DNA of 64,000 nucleotides from Candidatus Dormiibacterota bacterium (GCA_024280995.1 JAMXLM010000045.1:80264-144263); one strand, 5' to 3'; shown: positions 31,438-42,932, counted from the stretch's first letter. The notes: generated by a model from the sequence alone, not told the origin. A program made the numbers and translations.

Positions 31438-31441
<4 letters not shown>
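30440..31441 (+). CDS. oligopeptide/dipeptide ABC ATP-binding protein (OppD/DppD-like)
   Basis: Walker [33 protein letters not shown]-terminal HPYT...C..RC motif. The ORF track starts at GTG 30500, but the family-typical N-terminus ([23 protein letters not shown]) extends upstream to the stop at 30434. The start codon is uncertain (ATC 30440?). Confidence 0.85.
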
Positions 31442-32484
<1,043 letters not shown>

Positions 32485-32579
32485 CTTTCTACCCGACCGG
32501 GCCGTTTGTATCCAAAAGCACCGGTCGGTGAACCGCCCTGGGTTTGCTGGAGACTCCATTCCTTGGGAGGATGGAGCCG

Positions 32580-32936
32580 ATGTCAACGCAGCAGCCAACG
32601 TCTCAGCCAGGAGCAGCGAACCAGAAGCGTTATCCGAAGGAACTCCGGCAGCGTGCAGTGAGGATGGTCCGTGAGGCCATCAAGGAGCAGGGCAGTCCGC
32701 ACGGCGTCATAACCCGAATCTCGATCCAGCTCGGCGTCGGCTCAGAGAGCCTGCGCCACTGGGTCAAGCAAGCCGACGTCGACGACGGCCTGCGAGCGGG
32801 CACCCCGAGCGAGGAGCGGAAGCGGATCCTCGAGTTAGAGAAGGAGAACCGAGAGCTGCGCCGGGCCAACGAGATCTTGAAGGCAGCAGCGTCTTTCTTC
32901 GCGCGGGAGCTCGACCCGCAGCCACCCAGTTCGTGA
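32580..32936 (+). CDS. IS3-family transposase OrfA (HTH)
   Basis: ATG 32580 lies 9 nt after GGGAGG. KRYPKELRQRAVRMV... HTH, followed by a leucine-zipper-like ELEKENRELRRANEILKAA. Confidence 0.85.
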   Translation: MSTQQPTSQPGAANQKRYPKELRQRAVRMVREAIKEQGSPHGVITRISIQLGVGSESLRHWVKQADVDDGLRAGTPSEERKRILELEKENRELRRANEILKAAASFFARELDPQPPSS

Positions 32937-33817
32937 GCTTCGTCGACGCCCACCGCGAGCGCTGGGGAGTCGAGCCGATCTGCCAGACGCTGCAGATTGC
33001 TCCCTCGACGTACTACGCGGCCAAGGTTCGGCGACCGAGTCGGCGCCGGCAGCTGGACCAGCAGTTGAAGCCAGCGGTGAGCCGGGTTCACGACGAGAAC
33101 CTCGGCGTCTATGGGGTCCGAAAGGTCTGGCGACAACTCGGCCGGGAGAGCTTGCCAGTAGGTCGTGACCGAGTCGCCCGTCTAATGCGCGAACTCGGTC
33201 TGGCCGGTGTCGTACGCGGGAAGGTGAAGCGGACGACACTGCCCGGACGCAGTCCGGAGCCAGCCCACGACCTCGTCGAACGCAACTTCAAAGCAGTCGC
33301 TCCGAATCGACTCTGGGTCGCCGACCTGACCTATGTCAGCGCCTGGCCGGGGTTCGTCTATGTCGCTTTTGTGATTGACGTCTTCAGCCGCTATGTGGTC
33401 GGTTGGCGCGTCTCAAATTCGCTGCGTGCCGAACTCGCCGCGGATGCGCTCGAGATGGCGTTGTGGACCCGTCGCGGGAGCCAGCTTGAAGGGCTGGTTC
33501 ACCACTCCGACCGTGGCAGTCAGTACGTCGCTGTCCGGTACACGCAACGCCTGGTAGAGGCCGGAGCAGTTCGCTCCGTCGGGTCACGAGGCGACAGCTA
33601 CGACAACGCGCTGGCCGAGTCGGTGATTGGCCTCTACAAAGCCGAGCTGATTCGCCGGCGCGGACCCTGGCGTTCGCTCGAACAGGTCGAGCTTGCCACC
33701 GCCGAATGGGTTGACTGGTGGAATCGGCGTCGACTCCATGGCGCAAATGGGAACGTGCCGCCGGCGGAGTTAGAGACCGGCTACGCTCTCGCCTGCGACG
33801 CGTCAGGTGTCGCGTGA
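32933..33817 (+). CDS. IS3-family transposase OrfB (DDE/rve integrase core); probably expressed as an OrfAB fusion by -1 frameshift
   Basis: -1 frame relative to orfA and open far upstream. DDE residues in WVADLTY, HSDRGSQY, DNALAES. YY motif APSTYYAAK. Confidence 0.88.
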   Translation: MSFVDAHRERWGVEPICQTLQIAPSTYYAAKVRRPSRRRQLDQQLKPAVSRVHDENLGVYGVRKVWRQLGRESLPVGRDRVARLMRELGLAGVVRGKVKRTTLPGRSPEPAHDLVERNFKAVAPNRLWVADLTYVSAWPGFVYVAFVIDVFSRYVVGWRVSNSLRAELAADALEMALWTRRGSQLEGLVHHSDRGSQYVAVRYTQRLVEAGAVRSVGSRGDSYDNALAESVIGLYKAELIRRRGPWRSLEQVELATAEWVDWWNRRRLHGANGNVPPAELETGYALACDASGVA

Positions 33818-33905
33818 TTCCAAGCCGCCGAGTCTCCATCGAACCCAGGGCGGTTCACGGTGCATGCCGACCGGGCCGTTTGTATCCAAACGGCCGTCAG
33901 GAGTT

Positions 33906-35636
33906 TCAGTGTGAGACCAGCTGGATCTGGTCCCACCAGTAGTCGAACATGTTGTTCGACCCCGCGCCCAGGACGTAAGGCTTGATCACGAACGCCTCGA
34001 CGGCATAGAACAGCGGCACGTAGACCACGTCGTCGATCAGCTGCCGGTTCAGCGTCTTGTAGTCCGGGATCGACCCCGGTACGGGCTCGGAGTCGGCCTT
34101 GGCGAGCAGCTGGTCGTACGCGCGCGTGTCGTACCCCGTCGTGCAGCTCGAGTCCGGGCATCCCGCGACCTTTCCCCACAGGTTGTCGAACCAGTCCTCG
34201 GGGTTGTTGTAGTCGGCGGCCCACCCGTCGCGTGCCAGCTCGTATTCGCCACGCAGGCGCTCCGTCACGAACCTCGTGTGCGGAACGGCCTGGAGCGTCA
34301 CCGACACGTCGAGGTTCGCGAGCCATTGAGCCACGAGGAATTGAGCAACGGGCTCGTTGAGCGGATTGTCCGGATCGTAGGTGTAGACCAGGCCCCTGGT
34401 CTTGGCCCCGCTGGGATCCGCCGACTGCAAAAGGCTGCGCGCCCTGGCCGGATCGAAGACGGCGAGTGGGTCGGAGCCATCGCCCAGGTAGCCGAGCATG
34501 CCCTTCGGTATCAATCCGCCGGTCGCCGCGACGCACGAGACGCCGCTGCAGACCGTCTTCGCGAGCTTGTCGCGGTCGATCGAGAGGGCAAACGCGAGAC
34601 GGATGTCTCGGGCGGCGCTTCCTCCGTCGAGAGTGAAGGGCCCGCCGGCCGGGCGGTGCGCATCGGACACCAGGTTGAAGCTCACCCAGTCCGTCTTGTT
34701 CTTGACCGCGAGCAGCACCTCGGCCTTCTGCGCCGACTGGAGCCTGACCACGTCCGCCGCCGGCAGGCCATAGGCCCCATACCCGAGCAGGTCGAAAGCG
34801 CCTTGCTGATAGCGCGATTCCGCCTCCGCAGCGTCGCCGACGACCTCGACGTGGACCGCCTTCAAGGTCGGCCTCGGCCTGCCCCACCAACCGCCCGCCG
34901 CGGCGAAGTCGTAGGACTTGCCCTGCGTATGGGCGGCCAGCTTGAACGGGCCTGTGCCGACGAGCGTCGACGGATTCCTCCACCAGTTGTCGAAGTCGGT
35001 CTTGACTACCTTCTGGTCGACGATCATGCCGGCCACCGACGGCTGGGCGATTGCCGCCCCGAACCATCCGGCCGCGCCCGTCAGCTTGACCTGGATCGTG
35101 TGGTCGTCGGGCGCGGTGAGGCCGGACATCGTCACAGACGGGTCCTTCTTCTCGAGCAGAGTCTCGAGCGCAGAGCCGGCGGCCTGGTTGGCAGCGACGC
35201 GGTCGTATCCGGCGATCGCGGCGAGGTTGGTCGCGAACGGGCCCTGCATCGCGACGGCGCGGTTCCACGAATAGAGCACGTCGGCGGAGGTCACCGGGTC
35301 GCCGTTGGAGAAGGTGACATCCGTCCGCATCTTGAACGTCAGAGTCAGGCCGTCGACTGACACCGAGGGCATCGCGCTTGCGATGTCGGGCACGACATTC
35401 AGGTTCCCGTCAAACTTCAGGAGCCCGTCGAAAAGGTTCTGTCCGATGGCCGAGTCGGTCTCCGACTGAATGAGCGCGGGATCCAGCGTCTCGATCTCCT
35501 GCGCGATCGGAAATCGAAGCGTCTGGTTGCTCGCCAGGGCCGTTGGTGGGCTTCCCACCGGGGTGTTGCTCGAGCACGCGAGCAACAGCAATCCGGTGAA
35601 CGCGGAAAACCGCCGCCCCCTTCTGATGGGTAGCAT
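33906..35636 (-). CDS. ABC transporter substrate-binding lipoprotein, family 5, paralog 3
   Basis: ATG 35636 gives MLPIRRGRRFSAFTGLLLLAC (lipobox). Family-5 pattern, clear paralog of the two SBPs upstream. Confidence 0.88.
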   Translation of the reverse strand: MLPIRRGRRFSAFTGLLLLACSSNTPVGSPPTALASNQTLRFPIAQEIETLDPALIQSETDSAIGQNLFDGLLKFDGNLNVVPDIASAMPSVSVDGLTLTFKMRTDVTFSNGDPVTSADVLYSWNRAVAMQGPFATNLAAIAGYDRVAANQAAGSALETLLEKKDPSVTMSGLTAPDDHTIQVKLTGAAGWFGAAIAQPSVAGMIVDQKVVKTDFDNWWRNPSTLVGTGPFKLAAHTQGKSYDFAAAGGWWGRPRPTLKAVHVEVVGDAAEAESRYQQGAFDLLGYGAYGLPAADVVRLQSAQKAEVLLAVKNKTDWVSFNLVSDAHRPAGGPFTLDGGSAARDIRLAFALSIDRDKLAKTVCSGVSCVAATGGLIPKGMLGYLGDGSDPLAVFDPARARSLLQSADPSGAKTRGLVYTYDPDNPLNEPVAQFLVAQWLANLDVSVTLQAVPHTRFVTERLRGEYELARDGWAADYNNPEDWFDNLWGKVAGCPDSSCTTGYDTRAYDQLLAKADSEPVPGSIPDYKTLNRQLIDDVVYVPLFYAVEAFVIKPYVLGAGSNNMFDYWWDQIQLVSH

Positions 35637-35642
35637 CTCCGT

Positions 35643-37886
35643 TTGATGAGCGTATCCGCCAGGGCGGGGAGGCGGCGCCAGGAGGGGTCCGAGAAAGTCC
35701 GAGGCTTGACTCGATTCACGGCGGACCTCGAGCTTCCTGGCCTGCTGCACGTTCGCCTCGTTCTTTCACAGGTCGCCAGCGGGCGAATTCGCGGGGTCGA
35801 TACGAACGCCGCCCGCGCGATCCCGGGCGTCGTGGACGTCGTGACGGGCGCCGACCTGCCTGAGCTCAAGACATCTGCACCGGAGCTTCCGCTGGCCACG
35901 GACCGTGTTTTCTACACGGGTCAGCCCGTGGCAGCCGTGATCGCCGACAGCGAGGTCGCCGCGGCGGACGCTGCGCAGCTGGTCGCCGTCGACATCGACG
36001 AGACGGGCTTCGTGCTCGACCCGACCTCGGCGATCGGTGAGAACGCGGCGGTGGTGCTCGAGGAGGACGAGGTCGCGAGCGAAGACGAAGCGTCGCTCCA
36101 TGGCGGATCGACGGCGGCCGAGGAAGAGCCGGCCGACCGGCCTCGCAACGTCACGGGCGTGGTCAACCTCAAGCGCGGCGACGTGGAGGCCGCGCTGAAG
36201 GGCGCGGACTTCGTGGTGAAGGCGTCCTACAGCATCGGCCGCGCGCATCACTCGTTCATGGAGCCGCACATCGCCGTGGTCCGGCCAGAGCCGGATGGAG
36301 GACTCACGGTTTGGGCGCCGACGCAAGGTCCGTTCGTCGTCCGCGACGACATCGCATCGCTCGTCGGGCTGGCACCGCACCAGGTCCGTGTCGTTCCGAT
36401 GCCGGTCGGCGGCGGTTTCGGAGGCAAGATCGAGTTCCTCGAACCACTGGTCGCGCTGCTTGCGCTGCGCGCGGGCCGTCCCGTACGGCTTGCGCTCTCG
36501 CGGTCGGAGGAATTCGTGTACGGCAAGCCCGCCCCGTCCGCGAGGTTCGACCTCGAGCTCGGCGCGAGACGCGACGGGACGCTGACCGGCCTTCGCGCCA
36601 ACTTCCAGTACGACAACGGCGCCGGCCCCGGCTGGCATGGCGGATTGACCGCCAGCTTCCTGGGCGGAACCTATCGCCTTCCCGCTTACGAGCTCAGGGG
36701 CATGGACGTGGCGACCAACAAACCGCCTGTGGACGCCTACCGGGCGCCGGCAGGGACCCAGGCGTACTTCGCGCTGGAGACGGCGATGGATGAGCTCGCG
36801 CTGGCGCTTGACCTCGACCCGGTCGAGCTGAGACTCAAGAACGTCTCCCGCGAGGGTGACCAGACCGCCGACGGCCAGCGCTGGCCGCGGATCGCCTCGG
36901 TGGAGGTGCTGGAGGCGGCGCGCAACCATCCGCTCTACAGATCAAGCCTCGGTGAAGGCGAGGCGGTGGGCGTCGCGCTCGGTTCGTGGGGCGGCGCGCG
37001 AACACCATCCGCCGCAGGCTGCCGGGTCGAGCCGGACGGCACTGTGTCGGTGACGGTCGGTTCGCCCGACATCAGCGGAACCGCGACCGGACTTGCCATC
37101 ATCGCCGCCGAGGCATTCGGAGTCTCACCCGACAAGGTCCGAGTCGACGTGGCCGACACCGCGGCAGCGCCACGCAGCTCGACCTCGAGCGGCAGCCAGG
37201 TGACGTACAGCGTTGGTCCCGCGGTCTACGAGGCCGCGCGTGAGGCGCGCCGGCAGCTGCTCGAGATCGCGACCGAGGAGCTGGAAGCGGCCATCGAAGA
37301 CCTCGACATCATCGACGGCAAGGTGGCCGTGCGGGGCGCGCCGAGCCGTTCCATAGAGATCACAAAGCTCGTCAGTCTGAGCACCGAGTTCATGGGCCGC
37401 TACCGACCGATCGAGGCGACGGGCCGCGCGGCGGTCCAGTCCGCTTCGCCGATGTTCACCGTTCACATCGCACGCGTGCGGTTCGACGGAGAGACCGGCG
37501 CATACAGGTTGACCGGCTACGCCGCCATCCAGGACGTCGGTCGGGCGATCAACCCGCCCGAGATCGAGGGACAGATTCACGGAGGTGCCGTGCAGGCGCT
37601 CGGTCGCGCCCTGGGTGAGGCCCTTGTTTACGACGCCGGCGGGCAGCTCAGGACCGCGTCCTTCCTCGACTACGAGGTCCCCGCGGCGGACCAGATCCCC
37701 GACATCGAGGTCACGATGGTCGAGGTGCCATCGCCGTTCGGGCCGCTCGGGGCCAAAGGGGTTGGCGAGCCGCCCGCGATCCCGGGCACCGCGGCCCTCG
37801 CCAACGCCGTCTCGAGGGCGGCGGGAATCCGCATCCGTGAAGTGCCCATCGACCGCGCGCTGCTGGTGACGAACCACGTCGGGTAG
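35643..37886 (+). CDS. xanthine dehydrogenase/aldehyde oxidase-family molybdopterin-binding large subunit
   Basis: a/b-hammerhead N-terminus (REGSEKVRGLTRFTADL...HVRLVLS), Mo-domain motif PVGGGFGGK, C-terminal GVGEPPAIPGTAALANAV. TTG 35643 or ATG 35646. Confidence 0.85.
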   Translation: MMSVSARAGRRRQEGSEKVRGLTRFTADLELPGLLHVRLVLSQVASGRIRGVDTNAARAIPGVVDVVTGADLPELKTSAPELPLATDRVFYTGQPVAAVIADSEVAAADAAQLVAVDIDETGFVLDPTSAIGENAAVVLEEDEVASEDEASLHGGSTAAEEEPADRPRNVTGVVNLKRGDVEAALKGADFVVKASYSIGRAHHSFMEPHIAVVRPEPDGGLTVWAPTQGPFVVRDDIASLVGLAPHQVRVVPMPVGGGFGGKIEFLEPLVALLALRAGRPVRLALSRSEEFVYGKPAPSARFDLELGARRDGTLTGLRANFQYDNGAGPGWHGGLTASFLGGTYRLPAYELRGMDVATNKPPVDAYRAPAGTQAYFALETAMDELALALDLDPVELRLKNVSREGDQTADGQRWPRIASVEVLEAARNHPLYRSSLGEGEAVGVALGSWGGARTPSAAGCRVEPDGTVSVTVGSPDISGTATGLAIIAAEAFGVSPDKVRVDVADTAAAPRSSTSSGSQVTYSVGPAVYEAAREARRQLLEIATEELEAAIEDLDIIDGKVAVRGAPSRSIEITKLVSLSTEFMGRYRPIEATGRAAVQSASPMFTVHIARVRFDGETGAYRLTGYAAIQDVGRAINPPEIEGQIHGGAVQALGRALGEALVYDAGGQLRTASFLDYEVPAADQIPDIEVTMVEVPSPFGPLGAKGVGEPPAIPGTAALANAVSRAAGIRIREVPIDRALLVTNHVG

Positions 37887-37950
37887 GGACGGAGCCGCGT
37901 CCCTGCGCGGTTATGTCGCGCGGACGCTGCCTGCACAGAATTCAATCCTG

Positions 37951-39390
37951 GTGAGCAACCGCGGTCCTCATGAGCCGCGGGGCGACGGCACCTTCCGCCG
38001 CGGCGCCGGCGGCGTCATCACAGGCCTGCTCACGCTCGCGGAAGCGACCGGCGCGACGTGGGTCGCATGCGCTCGCAACGATCCCGAGCGCGAGCTGGCC
38101 GCCCGGCATCCGACCGGCATGACCGTGCCCCTCGCCCACTCCCGCGGCCGGCTTCACTACGCGACGCCTACGCGCGATCAGTACGAGATGTACTACTCCG
38201 TGATCGCCAACCCCGTCCTGTGGTTCCTGCAGCACTACCTGTGGGACCTGGGCAACGAGCCCGTCATCGACGAGCGGATCCACCAGGCGTGGACCAAGGG
38301 CTACGTCGACGTCAACAGGCAGATCAGCGACAAGGTCATCGAGCTCGCGAGGTCGGGTGATGGCGCGCCCCTTGTGCTCGTGCACGACTACCAGCTCTAC
38401 CTCGTGCCTGGAATGGTGCGCAAGGCGGTGCCCGACGCGGTGATCCAGTTCTTCCTCCACGTGCCGTGGGCCACGCCGCAGTACTGGAAAGTCCTGCCGA
38501 AGGAGATGCGCGACGCCATCCTCGAGGGCCTGCTCGGCTGCGACGTCATCGGGTTCCAGTCGAGCCTCGACGTGCGCAACTTCCTGCTCACGTGCGAGCA
38601 GAACCTCGGCCTGCAGGTCGACGAACGGGAGCGCGCGGTGGTCGCCGGCGGACGCATCGTCTACGCCCGCCACTACCCGATCTCGGTCGATGTCGCCGCG
38701 ACCATGCGGCTCGCGGCCTCGCGTGGGGTGAAGCGCCAGGAGGAAGACCTCGCGACCTGGCGGCCGCCCAAGCTCATCGCGCGCATCGACCGGACCGACC
38801 CGTCGAAGAACATCGTCCGCGGCTTCCTCGCGTACGAAAAGCTCCTGCGCTATCACCCGGACCTTCGCGGCCAGGTGCAGTTCTGGGCTTTTCTACAACC
38901 CTCGCGGCAGGACGTGGCGGCCTACAGCCGCTACCTCCGCCACATCCGCCAGACGGCGGGGCGAATCAACAGCGAGATCGGCAACCAGGATTGGCAGCCC
39001 ATCCGGCTGGAGATCGCCGAGAGCGAGCGCAAGGCGATCGCGGCGATGAAGAACTTCGACGTCCTGCTCGTCAACCCCGTCTACGACGGATTGAACCTCG
39101 TGTCGAAGGAAGGCGCCCTCGTGAACGCCAAGGACGGGGTCATCGTGCTGTCGGAGAACGCCGGCGCGCACGAAGAGCTGCGCGAGCATGTCCTGTCGAT
39201 CAACCCCTTCGATGTCGAGGCGACCGCGGCCGCGATGTACGCGGGATTGACGATGGCGGCCGAGGACAGGCATCGCCTGAACGACGGCGCGCGCCACGTG
39301 GTGCGAACGAACGACATCGCGAGGTGGATCAGCAACCAGGTCCAGGATCTGCGCGACCTGACGAGGCTGCCGGCGCTAACTTCCTCCTAG
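37951..39390 (+). CDS. otsA: alpha,alpha-trehalose-phosphate synthase (GT20)
   Basis: LVSNRGPHE, VHDYQLYLVP, FFLHVPWATPQYW, PVYDGLNLVSKE. The start may lie slightly upstream of GTG 37951. Confidence 0.88.
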   Translation: MSNRGPHEPRGDGTFRRGAGGVITGLLTLAEATGATWVACARNDPERELAARHPTGMTVPLAHSRGRLHYATPTRDQYEMYYSVIANPVLWFLQHYLWDLGNEPVIDERIHQAWTKGYVDVNRQISDKVIELARSGDGAPLVLVHDYQLYLVPGMVRKAVPDAVIQFFLHVPWATPQYWKVLPKEMRDAILEGLLGCDVIGFQSSLDVRNFLLTCEQNLGLQVDERERAVVAGGRIVYARHYPISVDVAATMRLAASRGVKRQEEDLATWRPPKLIARIDRTDPSKNIVRGFLAYEKLLRYHPDLRGQVQFWAFLQPSRQDVAAYSRYLRHIRQTAGRINSEIGNQDWQPIRLEIAESERKAIAAMKNFDVLLVNPVYDGLNLVSKEGALVNAKDGVIVLSENAGAHEELREHVLSINPFDVEATAAAMYAGLTMAAEDRHRLNDGARHVVRTNDIARWISNQVQDLRDLTRLPALTSS

Positions 39391-40163
39391 CTGTTCTTTC
39401 GCGCCCACTCGACGATCTCCCACTGGACGCGGGCGGCGCCTGCGGGTCCGGGGACGACTATGTCGCACCGGTCGAACAGGTCGTGGGGCGCCTCCGGCGA
39501 CCAAACGCCGACCGCGAAGTGCGGGATGTCGATGGCGCTGATGTATTCGAAGAGCGAGCGGTCGTTCTCGTCGTCGCCGAACGCGACGACTCCGCCCGGG
39601 TCCTCGTGCGGCAACAACGCCGCCATCGCGCTGCCTTTGCCCGCCTTCGGCGTATGAACCTCGACCACCTTGCGACCCAACGCGGCCGCGAGACGCGCGC
39701 CGTCGAGCAGCGGTCGCAGCAGGGCGAGCATCTGCTCGCCGTCCTTGTCGGTGTTGCGGAAATGGATCGCCGTGCTCGCCGGCTTCGGCTCCAGCCACGC
39801 GCCCGGGATGCCTTGCAGCAATCGCGCGGCCTCGGCGTTGAAGCTGTCCAGAGCCTCCTTCTGGGCGTGGCGGGGCAGAGCAAGACCGCTGTCGCCGATC
39901 AGCCTGACGCCGGAGATCGGCATCAGCGACTCGAGCTGCGAAAGGGGCCGGCTGCTGAGCACGATCACATCCGCGAGCAAGCCCACCAGCTCCTGCACGG
40001 CCTCGAGCGCCTCCGGTCGGGCCCTGGCGGCGCTCGGATCGGGCACGACGTCCGCGAGCGTTCCGTCGAAGTCCGTGACCAGGATCAGCTCGCCGGGCGG
40101 AACTCGCGCAGTTGGAGAATCCAACCAGGCGTGCGTCAGTTCTTTGGTTTCTTGAAGCATCAT
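39387..40163 (-). CDS. otsB: trehalose-phosphatase (HAD superfamily)
   Basis: HAD motif I LVTDFDGTL and motif IV GDDEND. TAATG overlap with the preceding ACAD stop. Confidence 0.8.
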   Translation of the reverse strand: MMLQETKELTHAWLDSPTARVPPGELILVTDFDGTLADVVPDPSAARARPEALEAVQELVGLLADVIVLSSRPLSQLESLMPISGVRLIGDSGLALPRHAQKEALDSFNAEAARLLQGIPGAWLEPKPASTAIHFRNTDKDGEQMLALLRPLLDGARLAAALGRKVVEVHTPKAGKGSAMAALLPHEDPGGVVAFGDDENDRSLFEYISAIDIPHFAVGVWSPEAPHDLFDRCDIVVPGPAGAARVQWEIVEWARKNS

Positions 40164-41804
40164 TAATGAATACGCGGGCGGTGCCTCTCGATCACCGATC
40201 TGAGGGATTTGAGGTCCGACCCTGTTTTCAGGCTACCAAAGGAGTGGCCCCATTCGCCTGCGAGGCGGGATTCGCAGAAGATCTCGCTCACCTCGGGGTC
40301 GCCGTGGCGGAGCAGGAGCGAGGCCTGCAGGAGAACGGCCATCCGCTCGACGATCCGCCTCGCGCGGGATTCGAGGCCCTCCTGCTGCGCAAGCTCGCGC
40401 CGCAGATCGCTCACGGCGCGGTCGAGCCGCGCGTCGCTGGGGCCTGACTCCACCTCCGCGAAGTAGGCGTCGACGCTTTCGGGCTCGCGCTGCATTGCGC
40501 GCAGCACGTCGAGTGCGTTGACGTTGCCCGAGCCTTCCCAGATCGAGTTGAGCGGAGCCTCGCGATACAGCCGCGGGAGTATCGACTCCTCGACGTATCC
40601 GTTGCCCCCGTGGCACTCGAGAGCCTCCGCGACGACGGCGATCGCTCGCTTGCACGTCCAGTACTTGGCGACGGCGACGCCGATGCGACGCAGGTTCGTC
40701 TCGCCGCGGTCGAAGGCGCCCGCGAGCCGCATCATCAGGATGGTCGTCGCCTCCGACTCGACCGCAAGGTCGGCCAGCACATTGACCATCAGCGGCTGCT
40801 CGCTCAGCAGCTTGCCGAACGCGCTTCGGTGCGCGGTGTGATGCGTCGCTTGCGCCACCGCCTGGCGCATGAGAGAAGCGGAGCCGATCACGCAGTCGAG
40901 CCGCGTGTGGTTGACCATCTCGATGATGGTGCGCACACCGTTTCCCTCTTCGCCCACCATCACCGCCCATGCCCCGTCGAACTCGACCTCGGACGACGCG
41001 TTGGAGCGGTTGCCGAGCTTGTCCTTGAGGCGCTGGATGTGGAAGCGATTGCGGGTCCCGTCGGGCAGCACCCGCGGCAAGAGGAAGCAGGACAGTCCGC
41101 CCGGTGCTTGCGCGAGGACGAGGAACGCGTCGCACATCGGCGCGGAGCAGAACCACTTCTGACCCGTGATCAGGTGCTCGCCGCCCGTGCCCAGCGGCAC
41201 GGCCTGGGTGGTGTTCGCACGCACGTCGGACCCGCCCTGCCGCTCGGTCATGGCCATGCCGAACAGCACGCCTCTTTTGCCGGCCGGCGGCCGCAAGCCC
41301 GGGTCGTAGTCGAGCGCGGTCATGAGCGGCTCCCACTGAGACGCCAGCGACGGATGCTTGCGCAGCGTCGGGACGGCGGCGTAGGTCATCGAGACGGGGC
41401 AGCCGTGGCCGCCCTCGACCTGCGACCAGACGTAGAACCCGGCGGCTCTTGCCGCGTGGGCGCCGGGTCTCGCCTCGCGCCAGGGAAGGGCGTGGAGGCC
41501 ATGGCCGATCGCCACCTTCATCAGCTCGTGCCAGGCCGGGTGGAAGTCGACCTCGTCGATCCGCTCGCCGAACCGGTCGTGCGTGCGAAGCCGGGGCGGG
41601 TTGGCGTTCGCCTCGAAGCCCCAGTCGATGGCCTGCTGCGTACCGGCGAGGCGGCCGAGCCCGTCGACAAGATCGTGCGCCCACGACGCGCCTTCGCGCT
41701 CGAGCCCTTCGCGCAGGACCGCGTCCGACTCGAAGAGGTTGTAGTCGACGAGCGGCGGCGGCTGGTTGGAGGGGCGCCCGACGAAGGCCTCGGCCGCGCC
41801 TCCG

Positions 41805-41818
<14 letters not shown>
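40163..41818 (-). CDS. acyl-CoA dehydrogenase family protein (AidB-like)
   Basis: 551 aa. DYNLFESD...RTHDRFGERIDEVDFHPAWHELM N-terminal AidB-type region. ACAD core MTERQGGSDV, GQKWFCSAP. Confidence 0.8.
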
Positions 41819-42848
<1,030 letters not shown>

Positions 42849-42926
42849 TTAGAGTGTCTCGCCCCTGACAGTCCGGGCATCTTCGCGCCCTCGAATCTGC
42901 GACGGCCTGCGGGAGCGTGACACTCC
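42849..42926 (-). promoter_or_regulatory. structured leader motif, short copy (copy A)
   Basis: In RNA sense: GGAGUGUCACGCUCCC...GCAGAUUCG-agggcg-CGAAGAUGC...AGGGGCGAGACACUCU-AA-GUG. Shares blocks, order and start context with 63720-63941. Confidence 0.6.
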
Positions 42927-42932
42927 GCCAGA

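Larger units (their letters stand above)
32529..33857 (+). mobile_element. IS3-family insertion sequence (1329 bp), apparently intact
   Basis: Terminal inverted repeats TGAACCGCCCTGGGTTTGCTGGAGACTC (32529-) and its near-perfect complement ending ...GGGCGGTTCA at 33857 (26/28 match, TG...CA ends). CGG on both flanks (32526-28, 33858-60). orfA and orfB lie in a 0/-1 frame arrangement. Confidence 0.9.
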
